Origin: a virus
IMG/VR virus record: IMGVR_UViG_3300028115_001816
Coordinates: 1-64,000 of that record
Length of the DNA stretch: 64,000 nt
Direction: 5' to 3' (one strand)
Shown here piece by piece: positions 17,765 to 29,700 of the stretch. The translations under genes were made by a program, and so were the position numbers. The notes beneath the pieces are model-generated. The model saw only the letters and a program-made list of their open reading frames with translations, was not told where the DNA came from and did not search any database. Numbering within the stretch: the stretch's first letter is position 1; every line of letters starts with the position of its first letter.

Positions 17765-20700
17765 TGGCTCTTAAAAAAAGTTCTGTATTATTACCTAGTG
17801 TCTTTCAAACGATTAAAAATGAAAAGTTTTTAAATGCTACAGTTGACCAATTAATTAGTGAACCTAATTTAAAAAGGTTCAATAGTTTTATAGGTCGTAA
17901 ATTTGCTCCTAACTTTACAGTTGGTGATGGATATATTCAGGAAGCAAGTGTTGATAGACAAAACTATCAATTAGAACCAGCAGTAGTTTCTCGTAATGAT
18001 GCAAACCAGATAGAACACTTAACTGGATATATAGATTTTGTAAACAAACTAGGTTATAACAATGTTGATACTACACGTCATAACGACCTGTTTTCACAAC
18101 AGTATTATAATTATAGTGGTTTTGTAGATTTTGATAAACTAGTAAATTATGGCGAATACTTTTGGTTGCCTGCAGGCCCAGACAGTGTACAAGTTTTCAA
18201 TAGTATAGTTGATACTGAAAAAACATACACAGTATATAGAAGTGGTGATGATATAAGATTTGACAGTACTACTGCAGATCCTAATAGAACTATTATACTT
18301 GCAAGAGGCGGAACTTATAACTTTGAATTAAGTGAAACAGGAAATCCTTTTTGGATCCAAACTGAAACTGGAACTAGCGGAATAAGTTCTTACAGTACTG
18401 CAACTAGTACTAGAGAAGTACTAGGCGTTTCTAATAATGGTGCTACAACTGGCACTGTAACATTTACTGTTCCAGACGTTGATACACAAAATGAAGAAAT
18501 AAATGCAGTACAAGCAGCAAATCCTGACTTTGCAACAGATTTAACTTATAGACAGATACATAATCAGCCCTATAGTACTTTTATTGATACACATGGTGGT
18601 ATAGACAAACAAACAATTATAGATGGAAAAACTCTTGTATTTGTAAATACATCAACAATTTCTAGTGATTGGTCTTCAGCTCCCATAACAGAAGGTGGAT
18701 TTGGCAGTTCTTTTGATGAAACTACAGTAATTGATATAGAAAATAGATATGATGTATACAACATAGAAATACAAACTATAGATAGTGTTGATACAATAAT
18801 ACTAACAAGAGTCACAGATTGGCCACAAGGACAAAAAGTAAAAATTAAACAAGGTGATTCTTACGGAAGCAGAGAATTTTTTAAAGGTGGTGATTCATTA
18901 CCAAAATTAATTGCACCCTATACTGCTGGTGCTACTACATTATATTATCAAGATGGTAGTGTTGAAAATAAGTTTGGAAAAATTACACTAGTTGAGATAG
19001 ATGAGATTAGTCCAATTGATATAGAAAATGATATTGTTGGAAAAACAGTTTATACAAGTGATAATGATGTAACTTTTACTAATGGTTTGAAGGTTGAATT
19101 TAACAGTGATGTTACACCTAGTACATATGCAAGTAGAGAATATTTTGTAGAAGGAGTAGGACAACCTCAAGGTATAACACTGACTCCTGTTGACGAATTG
19201 CTTACTCCCGAAACTTACAGTGTCAGTAGTAGTGATGGGTTTGATACTGTTGCGTATGATGCTGGCGGATGGGACGGTACACTTAATGCGCCTACTACTC
19301 AAGACTATATAGTAATAAATCGTAGTAGTCCAGATAGAAATGCGTGGAGTAGAGGAAATCGCTGGTTTCATAGAGCAGTGATAGAAGCTACTGCAGGTTA
19401 TAATGAATATACTGCAGTAATAGATGACAGTGCTAGAGCAAAAAGACCTATAATTGAATTCTATGGTGGACTTGAACTTTACAATATGGGTACGACTAGT
19501 AAAGCACCGGTCACAGTAGTAGATACTACACAAACAGATGCGTTTAGTAATGTTAATGGTTCAACTGGTTATTTTGCTGATGGTATAGATTTACAACAGG
19601 ATAATACTGTAATTTTTAGTGCAGATACAGATTCAGATGTCAGTAATAAAGTTTATCGTGTAGATATTGTAGATCAAGATGCAAATATTTCAACAGATCC
19701 AATTATTAATCTTGTGCAAATAGATACAGTTGCAGACGGAGATTGTGTTTTAAGTACACTGGGTGCTACCAACCAAGGTAAACAGTATTGGTTAGATGGT
19801 ACTACTTGGCGTACTGCACAACAAAAGACTACTATTAATCAAGATCCATTATTTGATATTTTTGATCCAGATCATGTTAGTTTTAGTGACCAAACAAAGT
19901 ATCCTAGTAGTAATTTTGTTGGCAACAAACTTTTTAGTTACAAAAGAAATGGCAATGCTGCACCTGATGCAATTTTAAATTTTGGTTTAACCTATAAAAA
20001 TTTTAGCACACTAGGTGATATTGTTTTTGATAATAATTTTGATACTGATAAGTTTCAATACACAAAAAACACAGGCAACGTAAATGTAATTTTAAGAAGT
20101 GGTCACGTTCATCAGTTTGACGCTCAAGGTGCCAGATCTTTATATAATGGTTGGACAAAAGTTCTTGAACAAAGTGTACAATATCAGGTAGTATCATATG
20201 ATGTTACAGCCAATGAATTATATAGTTTTGAAATAGGTGCAAGTGTAGATACAACTAAAACTATTCAACCTTTACGTGTATTTGTAAATGGAAAATTTAT
20301 TGCACCAAGCAAATATACACACTTAGTACAAAGCGAAAGAGAATATGTTGTTTTTACAAATAAACTTGCAGTTGATGATGTAGTTACTATTAAATTTTTT
20401 AGTAATACAAAAGCATCAAATAGCTTTTATGAAGTTCCTAGTAATTTAGAAAACAACTCCAGTAATGCAACTTTTCCTACACTTACACTAGGACAGATGC
20501 GTAACCATGTCACAACTTTTAGTACATTTATCCAAGATTTATCGGGTGTTGCTCCGGGTAATAGTAATATAAGAGATAAAAACTTTAGAGGTTACCCTGG
20601 AGATATATTACAACATAGTGCAGGACTAATAACACCAATATATGCACTTACAAACAACGAAGCAAATGTAATAAAAAGTATAAACTATGTCAAGAACGAA

Positions 20701-23700
20701 TACACAAAATTTAAAAATAGTTTTATAGACAATATAAACAAACTAGATTTAGATTTGACAAATCCTAGTAAGTGTGTTGATGACATTATAACACATATGG
20801 TAGGCAAGAAAACTAGTGCATTTCCATTCTATTACAGTGACATGCTTCCATGGGGTTCGCAAAAAAGTCAAGTAGTATACACAATTGATGATTCTACTGA
20901 GGTTGAATTTGAGTTTACAACACAGTTTGATTTGACAAGTATATCTAACAGAGGTGTTCTTGTTTATAAAAATACCACACTCTTAGTAGAAGGCAAAGAT
21001 TATACATTTGACACAGTAGAAGCAAAAGTTTTACTTACAACTAATAATCTAGGTACAAGCAACATTGGTTTAGCAGTAAATGATACAATTACTATTGTAG
21101 AATATTCAAACAATGAAGGAAGTTTTTGTCCTCCTACTCCTAGTAAACTTGGATTATATTATAAATTTGAGCCTTACAAGTATACAGACAATACTTATAC
21201 AACTGCAAAAACAGTAGTACAAGGACATGATGGTAGTACCTGGATAGGATATAATGATATAAGAGACGATATTGTTTTAGAGTTTGAAAAGCGTGTCTAC
21301 AATAATATAAAAACACAATACAAGACAAATCTGTTTGATTTTTCAGAAGTAAAACCAGGATATTTTAGAAGCTCATTAACAAATCTTAATGAATCTAATA
21401 ACATAATTAGAAGTTACTTTGGCGAATGGGCTTTAAAAAATAAAGTAAGGCTACAAGAAAATACAATAACAGATAACACAAATTTATTTACATGGAACTA
21501 TACGACTAGTGTAAACACACTAAACAGAGAACGTATACCTGGATATTGGAGAGGTATATATAGATGGTTCTATGACACTGATACACCGCATACTACACCT
21601 TGGGAAATGCTAGGACTTAGTGTTAAACCTATGTGGTGGGACGATAGATATGGCGAAGCACCTTATACTAGTGGTAACACAGTATTATGGGAAGACTTGC
21701 GTGATGGAAAACTTTACAGTGATGCTACAGGAACTACGTTTACGACTGTAACAAACAGAAAACGTCCTGACTTATTAACTATTATTCCAGTTGATCCACA
21801 AGGAAATTTAAGAGCACCTGGCGAGTTCTTAACTGAAGGCACAGTAGTTACAAACAACAATGAGCCTTGGGCATTTAGTGATGGCAGTCCTGCAGAAACT
21901 GCTTGGGTTAGAAGTAGTGAGTATCCTTTTGTAATGCAAATACTAGCTGCCAATTTAAGACCTGCAAAGTACGGTGCATTAATGTTTGATACAAACTTAT
22001 TAGAATATAATGCAGTATATGATCAAATACTACAAACAGGAAAAAGTTATAGACCTGCACTAAATGATTTACAAATGCACGGTACACTACTTACTGATGG
22101 TACTGTACAAAAAGCAGAAGGTTATAACCAATTCATAAGTGAATATATCACAAGTACAGGGTTTAGTATAAATGATACTATTACAAATTTTAAAAACTTA
22201 GAACTAAATCTTTGTTATGGTATAGCAGGATTCACTGATAAAAAATATTTAAAAGTAGTAGCAGAAAGTGTTACACCAAGTAGCGAAAGTGAAAATATTT
22301 TTATTCCAGATGAAAATTTAAACATCTTTCTTAAGAAGAGTTTACCATTAGAACGTATTTTGTATAGTGGCGTTCAGATTATTAAAAGAACAAATGGTTA
22401 TGAATTACAAGGTTATGATACAGAAAATCCATTTTTCAAAATTATCCCTAGTGAACGGACTACAAATCCTTACGAACATACTGTAGGACAAAATACATAT
22501 TTTGAGTTTCAACAGTATGAAAACGTGATTGCTAATATTCCATATGGCACAGTAATCACAACAAAACAACAAGTATTTGACTTTTTAGTAAGTTATCAGA
22601 GATATCTTTTAAGTAAAGGATTTGTTTTTGATGGAATCACATCTAGAGGTGATAAAAATGATTTTGTTACAGGTGGTAAAGAATTTGCTTTTTGGACAGA
22701 TCAAAATTGGGAAACAAATAGTGTTATAGTTTTGAGTCCATTTAGTGAAGGTCTTAAATTAAATAGAGCTCTTGCTACGGTAGATGATATTACAGTAAAT
22801 GGAAGTCCTAAAGATGCTAATGGAAGTATTATAAATCCAAAATTTTATGATGTTACACGTATTGATAATTTTGTAGAAATAATTTTAGACAAAGAAAATA
22901 CACAACTTTATAGTGTACAACTTGATCCAATTCAATATGAACATGCCATAGTTTTAGATAATCAAACTATTTTCAACGATGTTATTTTCCAACCAGAACT
23001 AGGAAATAGACATGATAGATTAAAACTTATTGGTTCTAAAAGTGGAGACTGGAATGGAACACTACACGCTCCTGGCTTCTTTTTAAATGAAGATAAAATC
23101 AACATTTGGCAATCATACGTAGATTATAAAAAAGGTGATTTAGTAAGTTTTCAAAATAAAACATATTCTGCCAAGTATGAGATAACTGGGAGCAACATTT
23201 TTAACTTTGATGACTGGAATGTTGTTAACAATATGCAGACTGGCCTAATTAAAAACTTAACTAATAAAGCAAGTCAATTTAAAGAATTTTTTGAGATAGA
23301 CGGACTTAATTTAGAAGATGGCGTTGATAAACTAGGTAAAGGCACAATAGGGTTCAATCAAAAGGATTATCTTGCAGGATTAGGTTTAGATGATGTGAGT
23401 CAGGTAAAGTTTTATCAAGGCATGATAAAACAAAAAGGTACCGGATCTGCAATTAACAAACTTATAGATGCTAAACTTACAAATTTAGATCAATCTATAG
23501 ATTATTTTGAAGAATGGGCGTTTAGAGTTGGTGAATATGGAAGTATTGACAGCAACCAAGTAATAGAAGCAATTATTCCGGAAGAAAATGCAACGAATAA
23601 TCCTGTAGTGATACATTATCATAATAACGGAGAATTAAGTACTCTTACAGATGATGATCATTACCATATTCAACAAAAAGATTTATATAAAACACCTAAC

Positions 23701-26700
23701 AATTATACCAGTGATGTTTTCCCAATCAGAGATTCAAATACTGATACTAAAAATGATTTAGATACTGCAGGATATGCAAGACTAGATGATGTGGATTACA
23801 CTGCATTTACTGCAGATGAATTAGTTGATTTATCAAATAATTTAGCAGTCATAGGAAAAGGCGACAAAATATGGACTGCAACTGATACAAATAATACATG
23901 GAGTATACGTAGAGTTGATGAAACTTTAAGTACAATTACTAGTGTACAAAGCACAGGCAATGGATATTTAATTTATACAACAGATACTAATCACGGATTA
24001 GTAAAAGATGACTTTGTAATTATTAGAGCTCAACAACCAATAGGAAAAGTTGCTAAGATATTTGAAGTATCTAGTCCAAATAGTTTTACAATTGCTGATA
24101 CAACAACAGAAGCTGATATACAAAACGTTAGTATCCCAATGTTCAAACTTAGTAATGTAAGATTTACACAAGCAAGTGATTTAAGTTCATATACTCCTAT
24201 AAATGGTTGGAATAATAAAGAAGTCGTATGGGTAGATAAGGATAAAGAAAATAAGTGGAGTGTATTACAAAATACTAGACCATGGACAACTACTGGTATT
24301 AAATCTACTGCAAGTGTTACTGCAAGTGATAATCTAGGAACAAGTATAACAATTAATGCACAAGGGACACTAGCAATTGCAGGAGCACCGGAACAAGATG
24401 CAGGTGCAATTATTCCATTTAGACGTGCAGAAAGTGGTGCACTAGTAGAAGGCAATATTAGAACAGATGCTACAATAGGTGATAGTTTAGATAGATTTGG
24501 AGAAGCAGTAGCGGCAGGCATAGATTATATTGCAGTCGGAGCACCAGAAACAGAAACTGGCACAGGAGCAGTATTCATTTATTTTGTAGATGTGGCAGGA
24601 GACTTAAATAGACGTCCTACTATTAGACCAAGTGGTTTGAGTAGTTCTGCTAATTTTGGTAAAAGTGTTGTAATGAGTGGCAATGGTAGATACTTATTTG
24701 TTGGTGCTCCTGGTGATAACACAATTTACGCATACACCTTAGTAACAATTCCTGAATCTAGTGTTGCTGTTGATACAATTACAAGTGATACAAGTGCAAT
24801 ATACTCTATTAATTTTACGCCTATAAGTCAAGAAACATTAAATGTAGTTGATCAAAACGGTAAAGTCTATCTTCCAAACAAAGATTTTACACTAAGTGGT
24901 CCAAGCCAGATTACGTTTACTGCAAATCCTGCGAATTTATTACAAATTGTTGTAAGACAACAAGACTACTTTGCACTAAGTGATACAATAACTCCTTTTG
25001 ATAGTATGTCTGGGGACAACTATGGTTATTCTATTGATTGTGATTACAGTGGTAGAAATATTGTAGTAGGTGCTCCTAATGCTAGTGTTGCAGGAACAGA
25101 CAGTGCAGTTATTGCAGATGCTGGTGAAGTTAGCGTTATTTCACAAGTTGTCCAACAGTTTGCTGGTGATGGAAGTACAAAAATATTTACTACTCAAGAG
25201 ACATTACAAACAAAAATCTTTGTAGAAGTAGATGGAATACTACAAACAGAAACAGATAATGCAGACGTTCCTACAGACAATGATGGAAGTAGTGAAGGAT
25301 TTTATCTAAGATCTAGCAATACAATTACATTCAAGTATTCACCAGCTTCAGGTGCTAAAATTGTTGTATACACTGGTACATATTTTGAAAAACAAAAAAT
25401 AGATCAAAACGTAACAGGACAGACGCCGTCTACTGGAGAGCAATTTGGTTATAGTGTTGCTATTGATAGCAGAGGGACAATGATCGCTATTGGTAGTCCT
25501 GGTGAAGATGAAATAGATATAGATACAGGTAGTGTGTTTGTTTTTCAAGATAGTGGTAAAAACTACGGAACTGTCACAACAAATACACCTCATAATCAAA
25601 CTTCAGGCGATACATTTTATATAGATAACAGATTGATTACTGTTACAAGTAGTGCAGATAATCCAAGTAATTTAGCAAGCGATATCAATCTTGCTAGTAT
25701 TCCAGGTGTTACAGCAAGTGTCAACTCAAATGGTGCAATAGTCATAACATCTACTAATACAGAGGAATATAATAAACTTACAATTAATCCTGGTACAGGA
25801 CAGATGTTTGCAAGAGATGATGTATTTGAAATATTTAAATTTACACAAAAAATAAATCATCCTCAAGGAGCATCAAACGAAAACTTTGGTAGAGCAGTAG
25901 CATTTGACAAGTACATCAATAATGTAACACTATTAGGCGGGACAAGAAACTTAGTTGCTAGTAGTGATAAGGCAAGTACACGACTAAGTGTCAGATTTGA
26001 TGTTGAATCGAATTCAAATAAAGAAAATTATTTAGATGCTACTACCACATTTGATGCTGAAGGTACAACATTTACAGACAAGAGAACAGAAAGTGGAGCT
26101 GCATATCTATATGAATTGCTAGATGCTCACAGTGCTACTATTGATAATCCAGATAAGTTAGTATTTGGCCAACAGTTGACAACAACAAACGTTGCAACTG
26201 CTGATCAATTTGGATTCAGTGTAGCCTTTAATGATAATAGAATTTATGTAGGTAGTCCCCAAGACACAATAGTTAGAGGTTCTGTAACTTTAACTAACAG
26301 CGGAAGTGTATACGAATTTAACAATGATAACAGATTAAGTAGTTGGACTGCTATACGAAATGAAGACACTAGAATAGATGTAACACAAATTAATCGTGTT
26401 GCACTTTATAATAAAAATACAAAAGAAATAAGTGTATTTTTGGATTACATTGATCCAGTAAAAGGTAAAATTGCAGGTGTTGCAAATGCAGAATTAAGTT
26501 ATGTTAGTAAAACAGATCCTGCAATGTACGCAAACAGTTTATGGAGTTACAAATACAAGCATAGACTATGGTGGGATACTAGCACAGTTCACTACTTAAA
26601 TGCTGAACAAAGCGATTTAGATTATCGTAAAAATTATTGGGGAACAACTTTTCCAGGTAGTACAATAGATGTATATGAATGGATTGAAAGTAATGTACCG

Positions 26701-29700
26701 CCAAGTGAGTATACAGGCGAAGGCACAGTAAAAGATGTAAACTTATTTACTAGTGCTAATGTTTACAATAGTTCATCTGATAGCACACAACTTAGATATT
26801 ATTTTTGGGTAAGTGGCAGAACAGATATCCCAACAGAAGCAGAATTTAGAACAATTAGTGCAGATAGTGTACGCAGTCTCATAGAAGATCCAAAAGCTCA
26901 AGGTTTGCCTTATGTTACATTTTTAGACAGAGATGCAGTTGCACTTTACAACTGTAAAGATTATTTTGCCGATCAAGATACTGTGTTTAGTGTAAACTAT
27001 GATGTGGTTAAAAACGAAGGTGTACTACACAGCGAGTTTGAATTATTTGGTAAAGGAAACACAGATCAGGATATTCCAACTAGAATTTACAATAAGTTAG
27101 TTGATAGTTTAGCAGGAAGTGATAGTGTTGGTAATATTGTTCCAGATCCTTTTTTAAGTGAAGTAGAAAAATATGGTGTATTGACACAACCAAGGCAGAG
27201 TATGTTTGTTAATAGAGCTAGTGCATTAAAAGTTTTAGTAGAATATTGTAACAAAATATTTAAAACTGCTCCATTTGCAAAGAATTCAACAATGACAAAG
27301 TTATTGAGTAGCGAAAATATTCCTACAGTAAACAGTGGTGAATACAATAAAAGTGTAGATACACTAGCAGAAAGAGACTATTTAAACACTGCAATTCTTA
27401 GTACAGGTTATAAAGTTTTAGTATTAGAAGACGAAAGTAAAAGCGATTATTGGACAATATATTCACTAAATGCTGATAAAACTTGGTTGTTAGTGAACAT
27501 ACAAGGATATAACACTGCTGACTATTGGTCTTATGCTACTTACTATGCAACAGGTTACGATAGTACTACAGTTCCTAATTTTCAAGTACCAACAGAAGCA
27601 GACTTACAAACTTTGACTACTGCAGTAGAAGGTGATGTAGCAAAAGTGGTAAGTAATGACTCTGGTGATATGAGTATGTTTGCGTTAGATAACAACGGAA
27701 CATGGAATGAAGTTATTACAGAAAAAGGAACAATACAGTTTAATGCTAGTCTTTATTCATTTGCCACATTAAATTCAAACTTTCAAGCAACTGGTTTTGA
27801 TAATGATGGATTTGATTTTGGAAGTTTTGATAAAGTACCTACACAAGAAATTAGACAAATTTTTGATGCACTTACAAATGATATATTTGTAGACACTTAT
27901 AAAATTAACATGAATGAATTGTTTTTTAGGTTAATGGAATATGCATTAAATGAAACATCATTTACTAATGACTGGATTTTTAAAAGTAGTTTTATTAGTG
28001 TGGCACATAAATTACGCAGTTTAGATCAATACAATACATTTAAGTATGATAACACTACTTTTATTGAAAATTTTATAGAAGAAGTAAAACCTTATAAAAC
28101 TAAAATAAGAGAGTATATAAGCAAATATGATAAAGTAGATCAATTTGACGGAGATACAACAGACTTTGATTTACATCCATTTTACGATAGTGAACTAAGT
28201 TTTTTCCGTAGTCCAAGTGGAGATTATAGCGGAGACGAAGTACTTCAGACTCAAGGACTTAACAAACCTTGGAGCGAGAATTACGGCTATAGATTAGATA
28301 GTATTAGTATTGTAAATGCAGGATCAGGTTATCTTACAGATCCTACAGTAACCATTAGTGCCCCTCAACTAGCAGGAGGTGTACAAGCAACTGCCACTGC
28401 TACAACAAATGGTGATATAATCACAAGTATTACAATGGCAAATAAAGGAAGTGGGTATACTTCTGAACCAACTGTTACAATAACAGGCAGTGGTACAGGT
28501 ATACTAGTAAGTCCTAGACTTGTTAATAATACTGTAAGAAGTTTTGATACTACAATTAAGTTTGATAGAATAACTTATTCTAGTGATATTAAAGACTGGA
28601 CAGCAAATACTGCTTATACAACAGGTGATATTGTAGCATATCAGAACACTACAACACAAACACAAGAAGTTTATACTGTTACTGCAGATTTTACAAGTGG
28701 TACAACTTTTAGTGTTGAAGACGCTAGTGGCACAACTGTACTTACAGTAAAAGCAGACGAAGATTTCACAAATACTGCAGACAGAATACACGCTTACTAT
28801 TATCCTTCATCAGGTATGATAGGAGATGATTTAGAATTACTGCAAAAAGGCACAGGCTATTTAGGAACTAAAGTAACAGGCCCAGGATTTGACCAAAACC
28901 CTGGCTTTGATAGTAGTAATTTTGATGTGATAGGTTTTGATAACTTTGAGATTGATGAAGAAGGACTGGCAGTTCTTGCTGGTGTTGATACAGTTTTTAG
29001 AGGAACTGAGTTTGCAGATGACGCAATTGGTAGTGAATACATAGTAAGGGGATATGTTGCTGATGGATACACAAGTCGAGTAAGTTTAGGTTTAGACCCT
29101 GAAAGTATAATTGTAGACGGAGCAGGGTTTGTTGATACTTATAACAGTCATGCACCTGAAGAACTGATACCAGGTAGAGTATATGATACACTAGATATGG
29201 AAGTTTATACGCATCCAAGTCATGATTATGAAGTAGATGGAGGGTCTCCACAGATACAACATACTTCTTATAGTAACTTGCTTGATAGTTTTTCTGAAGG
29301 ATTCGTTGAACCTGGATATGTTGAAGGTGATTATGTCTCACTTACCGGCACTACAATTAGTCAACGTGATTTTCAATATGGAGATCCTACGAAAAGTTCT
29401 GAGGATTATGAGTACTTAATTGTATACCAAAATGACTTGAGAATATACAATTTTACTACAAATTACACAGATAAAACTGTTACTTTAACTGATCCTATAT
29501 TAGCTACAGATTCTATTCATATCTATGCATATAGTCAAGTTGGTGAAAAATTAATTGGTGAGTATACAGAAATAGGCGACGGAAGTAGTGTAAATTTCCT
29601 TTTAGGAAATACACCAGCACAAACAAAACAAACACTGGTATTTGTAGATGGCGTAGAGACTAGTGTAACAGTAAGTGAACAGGATGATAGGACGCTTATT

